NCBI RefSeq assembly: GCF_009914755.1
Contig: NC_060928.1
Length of the DNA stretch: 64,000 bases
Origin: the human T2T-CHM13v2.0 reference genome, Homo sapiens
Strand: one strand, 5' to 3'
In this document: positions 50,600-64,000 of the stretch, piece by piece
Layout of the letters: every line of letters starts with the position of its first letter
Position numbering within the stretch: position 1 is the first letter of the stretch
Position numbers and translations under genes: made by a program
Notes under the pieces: generated by a model
What the model saw: only the letters and a program-made list of their open reading frames with translations
The model's database searches: none
What the model was told of the DNA's origin: nothing

Positions 50600-51400
50600 A
50601 GAAAAAGTGACTTAGCCAAAGTCTCTCCAGGCATTTGGCGCAGAGTCGGGACTAGCATAGTAGTATCCTGACTCTCGCAGGAGGGCTCGCTCCACTGTAG
50701 TTATTAATTCTCCTCTCCACACAACCAGGTCTAATCCGGCCAAAGTCTTCAATTCTTAAGCTAAGAAAAAAGGAAAATACATGTAAACTCTGTTTTGCGA
50801 TAGACAAGAAAACAGAAGAATTAAAAATCCTCCTTCCGGGGTGCACCAGAATCCTCCCATCGCTCGGTCCTGTCACGTGACCACGCCTACTACACCAGAC
50901 ACGTGAGCTTCTGAGCCGGCTTCCGCGCAGGCGCAGTGGATCTCTCTTGCGCCATTCCAAACATGGCGGCTCCACTAGGGGGTATGTTTTCTGGGCAGCC
51001 ACCCGGTCCCCCTCAGGCCCCGCCGGGCCTTCCGGGCCAAGCTTCGCTTCTTCAGGCAGCTCCAGGCGCTCCTAGACCTTCCAGCAGTACTTTGGTGGAC
51101 GAGTTGGAGTCATCTTTCGAGGTAATATAAGACATGGGCGTCTTTGTCCCTAGCCTTCCCTTTTTTCTGAAACGTGAACTGCGCGTACGCGTATCTCCTC
51201 CAGGGATCCGAGCAACTAATTCACAAATGGGGAAACTGAGGCTTAAAGTAAGTCACTTGCTTTAGGCTTCCCCGTGGCCCGTATTCAATTCAGGTCTGCT
51301 GGCGGGGGCGCGTAAACTCGACGTTTGTGGAAACGTGAACCCGAAGTTTGCCTAAACCCCAAACTTGGAACCCTTCCAGATTCCCAGCCGGTCCTTAGTC
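50600..51400 (+). promoter_or_regulatory. MED28: MED28 CpG-island promoter
   Basis: GTCACGTGAC 50872-50881, CACGTG 50900-50905, ETS CTTCCG 50920-50925, NRF1-like GCGCAGGCGCA 50925-50935, YY1-like AACATGGCGGC over the start codon. Confidence 0.88.
50963..51121 (+). CDS. MED28: MED28 coding exon 1
   Basis: [22 protein letters not shown]...[10 protein letters not shown]; donor GTAATA. 159 nt. Confidence 0.96.
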
Positions 51401-51856
51401 TCATCCCCGAGCACCGTTTCTTGCATCCCTGCATGTTTAGTAAGAGGCTCAAGCCTTTTCGGAGCTGAGAGTTTCACTGCTGTATCCTGTATCCTTTCCG
51501 CTGGGCTTCACCTTTAAACGATCCTAAAGGGACTCTTAAGAGCGGAAATTGACTTAAGTTACCAGGCGCAGCTTGGTACTAAGAGCTGAGGAAGGAGGAA
51601 TGCTGGAGGTTAGGGAGGGAGGGAGGCACAGGTGACCCAATCTCTCAGTTTTGCCCAAGGAGTTTACCTTGTAGCAAGAAAGGTGAACTGTATATTGAGG
51701 GAAGATAGAGAGGTGAAAATAAGTGCTCTGGTGATTTCCAGTAGTCTTTAAAGTGGAAGATGAGCTATTCCTGTGTAGTAATAAAGTAATGTACGCTCAA
51801 ATTGGAGTTAACTTTTCCACATTTTAAATCCCAGTTTTGCCGGGCGCGGTGGCTCA

Positions 51857-52543
<687 letters not shown>

Positions 52544-53162
52544 TGAGCCACTGCGCCTAGCCAGAAATAAATGATTTAAAGGACAGACCGTTTAGGAGGA
52601 GGAGGAGGAGACACCTTTGAGGTGGTGCTAAGTGGTAAAGGAAGGTGCTGGTGAACTTTAGAGCAGCATCTAGCATTGTGCTTGAGGGGAGCTGGCTCTC
52701 AGTCATGGGCACTTGCTGAAAGACTGGCCCTGTACAAGTCTTAGCCAAAGTTGACTCCCAGCACCCTGCTGCTTAAAAACGTACAGTGGCTGCTTGTTGC
52801 CCTTGAGATAAGATCAAGATGTTTAGTGTGGTCTCCCAGGCTTTGCATGTTGCGTTCTCTCCTTCAGACTCGTTTCCTTACTGCAGCCACACAAGACTTT
52901 CCCACGTGTACCATTTGTTTTCTCTTTGGGCTTCCAGGCCGCTCCTCAGCTCACTGCATCACTTCCTCAGTGGACCCTTCCCTGGCCTTCTTTTTAATAC
53001 TTACCATTAAATTCGGCTCCATGAAGTCAGAGACTACCTGTTTTGTACCCCCACCCCTCACATTGTGTAACCTGTAGTGCTAATACAGTGGTAGTAGATA
53101 GCAAGTGCTAGATGAATATTTGTCAGACATTGAAGGAATCTGTAGTGTGGAGCCTGTAGTGT

Positions 53163-53254
53163 AGTTGGCTTGTGCACAGAACTCCTTGCCTGATTCACAT
53201 ATATGTCTATAGGTGCCCTTGAGAGAGAACTCCCTCTGGGACTTGATTATCCAT
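53163..53254 (+). repeat. ~90-bp diverged direct repeat, copy 1 (MED28 intron 1)
   Basis: Aligns with 55451-55543. Confidence 0.9.
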
Positions 53255-53877
53255 ACAGAGAATACAGAGAAAACCAGTCCCTGCCTTCAGGAAGCTTGTA
53301 ATAAACGGCAGGCAGTTGCCTTGTTGTAGGATCACTGCTCTGATAGAAGAAACCTGGGGTACTGTGGGAGCACATATAGGTGTGGACATCAAAGAAGACT
53401 TCCCAGAGAGCAGGAAAGCCAAAGAAGCATTTTGACTTAGCCAGGTGAAGGGGAGTGGGAGTGGTGCGAGCTGGATCCTCTCTGCTGCTGGGTGATCACG
53501 ATCTGTCTAGTCTTGTCTCACGATTCAATTCAAAGGCCACATTTTCTTTGGAACTTTTCCTGTTTCCTTCCTTGTGTTCTGTGTGGACCTCAATTTTCAC
53601 AGCCTCCAGTGGCACATAGCAGCACCTACTTACCTGCTTCTCATTCCTATTGGGGTGCCACTCCTTGAGGTCTCTGTCTGCTCATTCTAGCTGCTTAGCA
53701 CATGCTCTTTGATGGAAGGAATTTATTGAGCTCATGCACTCTTGATTTTGGAGGGAACGTTGGAGACCATCTAGTTCCATTTCCTCCATTCATAGGTAGA
53801 GAAACTGAGGCTCAGTGAGGGCAAGTTACTTGCTGAAAGCCAGCCGTTGGGTTTGTGGAAATGAGGACGAGCACTTA

Positions 53878-54051
<174 letters not shown>

Positions 54052-54069
54052 CTAAAAATACAAAAATTA

Positions 54070-54237
<168 letters not shown>

Positions 54238-54287
54238 CTAAGCTACCACACATTTTCTTCTTAATACAGCTGTCCAACTGTCTATAA

Positions 54288-54536
<249 letters not shown>

Positions 54537-54664
54537 TGAACTCCTGGACTGAAGTGATCCACCCATCTTGGCCTCCAAAATTGTTGCTTACAGGCGTCAG
54601 CCACCATGTCGGACCCTAAATTTTTTTCTTGAGTGGGTGGAGGGCAGTAAAATTCTTGAGATGA

Positions 54665-55030
<366 letters not shown>

Positions 55031-55450
55031 TAGTTAGGATGGTCTTGATCTCCTGACTTCGTGATCTGCCTGCGTGGGCCTCCCAAAAGTGTTGGGATTA
55101 CAGGCGTGAGCCACCGTGCCCAGCCAGGAGTCAATGTTCAAAGTAATCCTGAGAATGGGCAATCTGTTTTTCTGATTTACTTTCTCTGTAAATCAAGCGC
55201 GGGAGCTGCAGGCAGGCAGAATTTTTGCTCATTAAAGGGCCCTCACATGTAGGTAATGTTCTAAATTTGAGCTCAGATCTGTCTGCCTCACACCAAGTGT
55301 AGTTTGCTGATTGCTGACAGAGCTCCACTTTCCTGTGTTTGAGGCTTCTTTTCTAACTCCTTTTCCAACTGCCATGCTGTTCTCTTTCTGTGCCTCCCCA
55401 ATCTCCCTGCCCACTTCCTGCAGTGGGCCTGCTTTGGTACATTTCCTTAG

Positions 55451-55543
55451 AGTTGCTTGTGCACAGAGCTCCTTGGCTGATTCACATTTGCATCTGTATA
55501 GGTGCCCTTTAGAGATAACTCTCTCTGGGACTTGATTATCCAT
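55451..55543 (+). repeat. ~90-bp diverged direct repeat, copy 2 (MED28 intron 1)
   Basis: Aligns with 53163-53254, sharing ctctgggacttgattatccat. Confidence 0.9.
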
Positions 55544-56186
55544 GTGATACCAACCTTGTCCTCTTAGGCCATCCAGTCAGTAATATGTGTTATTAAACAC
55601 TTCCCTTGTGCCAAGGCAGTGTTCCAGGCACTAGGAGGACAGTGGTGAATAAGACAGACAAAATTCTCATCTACTAGTAGGGGACAGATAATAATGGATG
55701 AAAATAATGGATATGATGTCAGTTAATTATGTGAAAAACAATAAAACTGTGCTTGGGTGTGGAGCATGAGCAGGAGGGGCACAGTTTAGAAAGGGTAGAC
55801 CGGCTGCTGTCTCTGAGGGGGAGAAGATTGTCCTGAGTCCTGAATGGGTGGTGATGTGAGTTGTGTAAGCACCAGCAAGAGGCCACAGTGGGGCTGGAAG
55901 AGTGTCTGGGCCTGGTGTGGAATAAGATACAGGGAAGGGGCATGTAGTAGGACAGAGACCAGATGTGGTGCCAGCTCGTTTGCCTGGCGCTTCCTCCATG
56001 GGCCTAATTAATTGGTAAACTCAGTTTACCAGATGTTTCCATTGGTATGGTGTCTTGCCATCTCATATGCAAACACAGATGCTGCCACCTCATCAGATGA
56101 CTTCAGGAGAAGTTATTTCTTCCTCTGGAGTAAGATTTTTGATGTATAAATGATATTTTTTTCTTTCCTATGTTTTGATTACACAG

Positions 56187-56253
56187 GCTTGCTTTGCATC
56201 TCTGGTGAGTCAGGACTATGTCAATGGCACCGATCAGGAAGAAATTCGAACCG
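56187..56253 (+). CDS. MED28: MED28 coding exon 2
   Basis: [22 protein letters not shown]; donor GTAAGC. 67 nt. Confidence 0.95.
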
Positions 56254-57276
56254 GTAAGCATTCCCTCTGTGTACACAATGTTCTGGGCTTCAGCAGTATT
56301 TCCTAGTTGCTAATTTTATACTTCATGTGTTTCAGTCCTGCTTTTATCCTAAGACAACATTTCAGGGACTAAAATGTGTGCACATAATCTCTATGAGCTG
56401 CTGATTTTTGGTTCAGTTTATTAATTGACATATCACCCATAACGAATCATTTATAATGAACTTTTCGTATTCGTACTAGGTAAAGAAGAAGACCAATAGT
56501 GTGTACTGCTTTTTAAAAAAATTTTATTATTTTTGGAATAGGTCTTACAGAGAAAAGTCTCTTGTGCTTCTTTTTATTCCCCAAGTTCTGTCCCTAAAGG
56601 TAACCAGAGCTTCTGATTTCTTCGTACCATATTTTACATGTTTTTTTTTTTTTTTTTGATGGAGTTTCACTCTTGTCGCCCAGGCTGGAGTGCTCACTGC
56701 AACCACCACCTCATGGGTTCAGGCAGTTCTCTTGTCTCAGCCTCCCGCGTAGATGGAACTACAGGCATGCACTACCATACTCAGCTAATTTTATATTTTT
56801 AGTAGAGACGGGGTTTCGCCATGTTGGCCAGGCTGGTGTCGAACTCCTGATCTCTGGTGATCCATCTGTCTCAGCCTCCCAAAGTATCGGGATTACAGGC
56901 GTGAGCCACCGTGCCCGGCCTTATATGTGCCATTTTAACTGTAAATTATGATGCTGATTGCTGGATCTCTGCATTGTCTCTTTTTTTTTTTTTTTTTTGG
57001 AGACAGAGTTCTTGCTCTCTCACCCTTTTAAGAAAGGAGTGCAGTGGCATGATCTCTGCTCACTGCAACCTCTGCCTCCTGGGCTGAAGCAGTCCTCCCA
57101 TTTCAGCCCCCCAGTAGCTGGGACCACAGTGTGAGCCACCACATTTGGCTAATTTTTGTTTTTTTATTTTTTTGTGGAGATGGGATCTTGCTGTATTGCC
57201 CAGGCTGGTCTTGAACTCCTAGGCTCAAGCAGTCTTACTGCCTCAGCCTCCCAAAGTGCTGGGATTACAGGCGTGA

Positions 57277-57426
<150 letters not shown>

Positions 57427-57874
57427 TGAGTAGCTGGATTACAGGCATGTTCCACCACGCCCAGCTAATTTTTGTATTTTTAGTAGAGATGGGGTTTCAC
57501 CATGTTGGCCAGGGTGGTCTCAATCTCCTAACCTCATGATTCGCCCACCTCGGCCTCCCAGAGTGCTGAGATTACAGGCTTGAGCCACCATGCCCAGCTG
57601 CATTGTCTTTTTAAAGAAGATCTCATGGCTTTTATGCTATATTAATATCTCTCTCTTTTTTTTTTTAACCTGAGAAAAGCATAACTTATCTGCTGTTTAA
57701 TGTTGGTTAACACATGAGAAGTTGGGGGTTATGATTACTGCTGTGGCCAAGATTAAAATCCCTGAGTTGTCTATGAGAGGGCTTTGTTTTTACATTCTGA
57801 TTATTCATTTATGAGGGAGATAAATGAGTCTGTTGTTTTTCTTATTTTAATAATTTTGTTCCTTTTTTTTTAAG

Positions 57875-57987
57875 GTGTTGATCAGTGTATCCAGAAGTTT
57901 CTGGATATTGCAAGACAGACAGAATGTTTTTTCTTACAAAAAAGATTGCAGTTATCTGTCCAGAAACCAGAGCAAGTTATCAAAGAG
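57875..57987 (+). CDS. MED28: MED28 coding exon 3
   Basis: [37 protein letters not shown]; donor GTATGA. 113 nt. Confidence 0.96.
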
Positions 57988-58974
57988 GTATGAACTCAGT
58001 TTTCTCCTCAGCTCTATAGGAAGAACTAAGTGGTGCCAGGATTCCTTTTATGCTTTAAATGAGATGTAACCGTTTCCTGCGAGTTTCATTCAGGCTTTAT
58101 AGGTCAGTGTGAAATGTGGCTAGTCATCCATGTTTGGGACAACCTGAACAAGAAGTAAAGCCAAGGAGTGGGGTCCGAAAGCAGAGTGTCAGACGGAACA
58201 GCTCTGATGTGACTTGTGTCATACATTGGCCTTCAGGAAAGATTTTTCTTAAAAGATTCTGCCATGTGAAAAAAGGACAAAAAGCCACTAACATATAGGC
58301 TTGTTTTGGACAAAAACTGAGATCTGTGTCCCCACTTGCCTTACCCAGTGCCTTGCACACAGGAATCCAAGGAATCAAAAAGTAGTGTTCGACCCAGGTT
58401 CCTGGAAACTCAGGATTTCGTTGATCTCAGTTGTTCTAAGCTAGGGCATTTGGAAGTGTGTTGGGGTTGCCACGATGACTTGGGAAGCTTTAATGGCATT
58501 GAATGGGTTGGGCCAGGACCTGCCCCATGTGATGTGGAAGAGTGAAGAATCATCCTGCCCAAAAAGCCGGCAATGCCCTCAGTGAGAAACACTGAATTGA
58601 GATTATTGGTTGGGGGCAATTTTTGAAGTAACTAGTCCCAATTAATCAAAAAGTCTCTTTTCATTCATGATACCAGCTGTTGGGGATAGCTATTCTTACA
58701 GTTTATCATGTCAGATCATTTCCTGATGTGAATACTTGAATAACAGTGCAGGTATGTCCAAGACTGGATGGTTAGTAAAGGATGTAATGCTGTTCTTAAA
58801 AAGCTCTTGAAAATGTAATTTTAACAGTTCATAATCTGAAGTGATAGATCAGTGGTGTGGATTTTCTTGTAAACAGTTGTTAACAAATGTTTCAGATTTT
58901 CAGTGTTTTAGGTTCTCAGCAGTAGCCTTTGGAGAGAGGTACTGGATGGCTGGGGACCAGGATGGGATAGAGTC

Positions 58975-59333
58975 TGTAATTAGTCTGTTTTCACCCTGCT
59001 CATAAAGACATATCTGAGACTGGGCAGTTCACAAAAGAAAAAGGTTTGATGGACTTACAGTTCCATGTGGCTGGGGAGGCCTCACAATCATGGCAGAAGG
59101 TGAAAGACACATCTCACATGGTGGCAGACAAGAGAAGAGAGCTTGTGCAAGGAAACTCCCATTTTTAAAACCATCAGATCTCGTGAGATTTATTCACTAC
59201 CAGGAGAACAGCATGGGAAAGACTTGCCCCCGTGATTCAATTACCTCTCACCAGGTTCCTCCCTCGACACATGGGAATTGTAGGAGTTACAATTCAAGAT
59301 GAGATTGGGTGGGGACACAGCCAAACCATATCA
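58975..59333 (-). mobile_element. THE1 (MaLR) solo LTR in MED28 intron 3
   Basis: Ends ggggacacagccaaaccatatca, the reverse of the THE1 start TGATATGGTTTGGCTGTGTCCCC. Near-TSD gtctg/atctg. Confidence 0.9.
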
Positions 59334-59582
59334 ATCTGATTTCTTTTTGGCTGCCCTTTTGAATTTTGTAACTTGCATATTACTTTCTATAAGAAAAATA
59401 AACGTAGGCCGGGTGTGGTGGCTCACGCCTGTAATCCTAGCACTTTGGGAGGCTGAAGCAGGTGGATAACTTGAGGTCAGGAGTTCGAGATTAGCCTAGC
59501 CAACATGGCAAAACCGCATCTCTACTAAAAATATAAAAATTAGCTGGGTGTTGTGACGTGTGCCTGTGATCCCAGCTACTCA

Positions 59583-59684
<102 letters not shown>

Positions 59685-59889
59685 TCAAAAAAAAAAAAAA
59701 AAAAGCCCATAAAAACTTATGTTAGAATCTGTCATCTGGGTTAATCAAATAGTGGAGCCAAGCAGAGTAATGGGCTTAATATGGTTTAATGGATTCTCTT
59801 TGTTTTGAATTGTTAGCCTCTTAACTAACCAGAACCGTATGTGTTTTTCCTGCATTTGCTCTGACTTAGTCCATCACTTTCATCTGCAG

Positions 59890-60087
59890 GATGTGTCAGA
59901 ACTAAGGAATGAATTACAGCGGAAAGATGCACTAGTCCAGAAGCACTTGACAAAGCTGAGGCATTGGCAGCAGGTGCTGGAGGACATCAACGTGCAGCAC
60001 AAAAAGCCCGCCGACATCCCTCAGGGCTCCTTGGCCTACCTGGAGCAGGCATCTGCCAACATCCCTGCACCTCTGAAGCCAACGTGA
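59890..60087 (+). CDS. MED28: MED28 coding exon 4 (to TGA stop)
   Basis: [30 protein letters not shown]...APLKPT*. Summed CDS is 537 nt. Confidence 0.97.
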   Translation, partial: DVSELRNELQRKDALVQKHLTKLRHWQQVLEDINVQHKKPADIPQGSLAYLEQASANIPAPLKPT

Positions 60088-61761
60088 GCAAAGGGCAGAG
60101 GCAGTTGGCCTATGAGTGGGCTGATGCGTGAGGTTGGCCACACATTCCTTCCTGTGGACTTGACATTTTGGAAGAACTCTTTGCCAGATAATGAGTTCAT
60201 TTTAGTTTTATGCTCCCATTGAAAAATTTTCCACTATTTTTATAAGCTGTTAATTTCTTGAGTACTTTATAACATGTCTGTAGCTTGGATAAACCAAGTA
60301 AGTATTTTTTTTTTGTCTTTAGCGAAGTTTAGACTGTGAATATGATGACACAGATTCTTTTTTATGGTGGCTTTGCTTGTTTTAAATTTTTGCATGACTT
60401 TTCATCTTTTTATGTGTGTTTCCTGTAGTTTGATCCGAAGGAAAAGAGTATAGTAGCCTGAGAATCAGGAGATGGGAGTTTTAGTCGTAGGCCTTATGAT
60501 AATTACCCCGCGGTGGTGTGTAGAAAAGTATGTAAATTTGCTCTGTTTTAAGACTTTGAACTACCTCAAGAAGAGGAATCTAATACAATATTTGTAATGT
60601 TTCCAGAGCTCTCAGAATGAGGATTTTTTTGTAAATAGGTCAGAAGACGATGGAACTGTCCTGGGTTAGTATAGTAATCTTACAGTAGGATCCTTAGGTT
60701 GATGCTGACTTCTGTTTGGGGTATGTTTATATTTTATGTGGTGTTTACTTTTTTTTTTTGACATAGAAGGATATAGTGGGAGCAGTGATACGCTAACATT
60801 CATTACATTCTGCAGTAATGAATCTGTTTAATGGGTCAGACACTTTTCAGTAGCATGACAGTGGGGTCATAGGTGAGCTGTGAGGGGCTAAATCTTGCTC
60901 TGATTGTCTCTTTCTGTTTTGAGTTTTGTTTGCGTGTATCATTTTTGTTCTACATTTTGGGAGGGGAAACATTTTCCGTTAAGGAAGGTTGTTGCCAGTG
61001 GATTTGACTCCAAGGGACTAGAGTGTCGTGGTGGGGGTGGGGAGGGGCTGCAGGGTGATCATTGGCTACTGAGCCTCCACAAAGAGCATGTGGTGCCCTG
61101 CCTTTGGGAGGGTATTTTGCTCTCGTTAGTTTTGTGGGCAGCCTCAGATTCCCTGTTGAGTTGCTGTTAAGAAATGGAGATTTCTGGCTCTCATTGGGTA
61201 AGGTTTTCTGAGTTTTATATCTTATTAGATCACATCCCTTTACCCAGAACAAATGCTTCACTGTCTTCTGATTGGCAGTACTCCTGTGGCTTTGTGCCTT
61301 GACTCATTTTGTTGTCTTCAGCCTTGAAGGCCCCTTCCCACATGGACTGACATCCACTCATGTGCCTGATCCCTGAAGCCTCCCAGCACCCATTCAGTTG
61401 CATCCCCAGGGCACAGGACTTTGATCTCTTCTGTTGCCCTCGCTAGGTTCTCCCTGGTGGGTTAGTGCTTTGTATCTGTCTCTCTGCCCCTCACTAATTC
61501 TACACCCATGAGAATTAGACATTATTCTCCTTAAATATATAAGGACCATATAATCTGTATCTTTTTGGTGTGTGTATATGGTATCTGGCACATGGATCTC
61601 TGATTACCAGCCTGACATCAACAAATCCCCTCAGTTACAACGTATAGGTTAAACAAAGCTTTTAAAAGCTCATGTGGTATGACCTCAAGGTTGCTAACCT
61701 GGTCACTCATGGTAATTAGAAACTCTGATTGGCAGCTTTGTATTTCTTGACTAAAAACCTA

Positions 61762-61767
61762 AATAAA
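61762..61767 (+). terminator. MED28: First canonical AATAAA seen downstream of the MED28 stop codon
   Basis: AATAAA about 1.7 kb into the 3' UTR, with ATTAAA at 61886. Only variant hexamers were seen upstream. Confidence 0.5.
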
Positions 61768-62363
61768 CTGATTAGGTTTTAGGCGTTCTTTCAAAGAGGT
61801 TCTTGAGAAGATTGAGAACTATCCTATTTGGTGCTTAGTGAAAAGATTTTGAATTACTGTACGTACCAGTTGTTGCCATTTCTTTATTAAATTCAGAAGT
61901 TTTTTTGCCAAATAACAATTTTTCAATCTTCTCTGTTTGTAGACATCTTACTGGGTGGTGAATAATCCTCTAAGAAACCCTCTGAGCTGCTAACTCTTTC
62001 AGGGAGAAAATCACAAGCCATCTTCTCAAGTTCCCCTAGAAACCTGTGGAATGCCCTCTGCCAAGCACTGCTCTGGTACTGGGGAGTGGAGTATTATGTC
62101 TTGGAAGAGACTCCTGCTGTGATTGTCCAGGGGTACGTTCTGGTCTGGCTTGGTGCTTGACCTTAGGTCTGCCCACAGGCTTCAGGCTTTCAACTTTGAA
62201 ACAAACATCTGTGCCACACACATTTTGTAAATGATCCCATTCAGTCTTCTAGAAGCCTTATAACAGAATCAATATTGTTTTTCCCATTTTCACAGATGGA
62301 TAATAAATCTGTAAAATAGGGATAAGACTAGGACCTATTCCCCAGGATTACTTCTGCAGATTA

Positions 62364-62501
<138 letters not shown>

Positions 62502-63156
62502 CTACAAGAGTGAAACTCCATCTCAAAAAAGAAAAAGGAGATGTTGAATGGGAAGTCAGCAAGGGTGCTAGAATGTAGCAAGTATTCTTCAGGTGTTAGT
62601 GATTTCTGTTGTTCGGGAAGAGGAGGGTTATGGAGGAAGAGTATGGGATTTAGGTGGGTTAAGTGATTTGCCCAAAGTCAAGAGGTTAGTCTTTAACCTT
62701 TGGCAGAAGCAGGATTTGAAGTGAGTTTTCACACCCCTCTTCCCTGGTCAGTGTGTTGATAACAGCCCACCCACCTGTGGTTCCAGGGTGTTCTTAAGAA
62801 GCCAAGGTTGTCTTGGGTGTGGTAGCTCTTTGAAAGGTAGAAAGTTCCACCAAGAAGGCCTTTTTTCTTGAATACTGCTTAGCTTCCTTGTCAGGCTCCA
62901 AGATGCAGATTGCCTGTGGGCTATCTCTCTCCACAGATAAACCTACTCACATCTTCAGGACAGCCTTTTTTTTTTGAGACAGGAGTCTTGCTCTGTTGCC
63001 CAGGCTGTAGTGCAGTGGCACAACGGGGTCCCACAGGCAAGTGCTGGGGAAAGGCCCACCCAGCCATCAGGTAGCCTGTGTGTTCTACAAACAGCAGCTG
63101 GCAGCACTGTCTCCTGCCGGACATTCCTGCCACCCGACATCAAAGCTGGTGGGTGA

Positions 63157-63474
<318 letters not shown>

Positions 63475-64000
63475 TGATCCGCCTGCCTCTGCCTCCCAAA
63501 GGGCTGGGATTACAGGCATGAGCCACCGCGCCCAGCCTTAATTTTTGTATTTTTAATGGAGATGGGGTTTTGCCATGTTGGCCAGGCTGGTCTTGAACTC
63601 CTGACCTCAAGTGATCTGTCCGCCTCAGCCTCCCAAAGTACTGAGATTACAGGCATGAGCCACCGTGCCCAGCCCATCTTCATCTTCTTTACTTGAACTT
63701 AATTCTTTTTCATGCATCTTCCCTTCTTTCCTCTTTTCTCCTCCACCCAAATGTCTTAACTGTTAACATTCCCAGGTGTTTGGTCCTGGGCCTCTGGAGG
63801 TTGTGAAGGAGCACTGCTCAGTCCTCCCTTCAAGAAAGCAGCTTCAAGGAGTTCAATTACAAAAGCTCCTGGCATTGGGGACCTGCCGCCATGTTCCTGC
63901 CCAGGGCATGCTGGTCCTGGCTGTCACCAAGCACAGTGGAGGTCAGGTGCTAGGCCATTTCTGCCCGACACAGGCCTCCTCTAATGAGCAGTCTGAGGCC

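Noticed and set aside
50936-50962. In-frame GTG-initiated N-terminal extension of MED28 suggested by the ORF track
   Set aside because: The ATG at 50963 has strong context (aacATGg) and the GTG probably lies at or upstream of the TSS.
60630-60637. Pumilio element TGTAAATA in the MED28 3' UTR
   Set aside because: A single 8-mer in an AT-rich UTR is expected by chance, and conservation cannot be assessed here.

Overview
Alu-dense primate genomic DNA, recognisable as the human LAP3-MED28 locus (4p15). It holds two complete + strand multi-exon genes. LAP3 (M17 cytosol/leucyl aminopeptidase) has 13 coding exons at 13630-43875, totalling 1560 nt = 519 aa + stop. MED28 (Mediator subunit 28) has 4 coding exons at 50963-60087, totalling 537 nt = 178 aa + stop. 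Each gene has a CpG-island promoter, and all coding splice junctions were checked as GT-AG and [15 protein letters not shown]. The first 13 kb is decayed endogenous retroviral sequence: a class III-like pol end plus a gamma-type env remnant and its LTR, several solo LTRs with target-site duplications (TSDs), and Alus. I found no convincing novel protein-coding system, and most short ORFs in the track are Alu/L1 artefacts. The best leads are regulatory or structural. (1) A 7-copy 16-bp minisatellite at the LAP3 promoter in which each unit carries a GCM octamer, an MRE core and an ATG. (2) Interferon-response motifs around LAP3 exon 1. (3) A fold-back AluY palindrome 75 nt before a catalytic LAP3 exon. 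(4) Several local duplications and templated-insertion scars. Repeat family names are from recall of consensus sequences and repeat boundaries are approximate.
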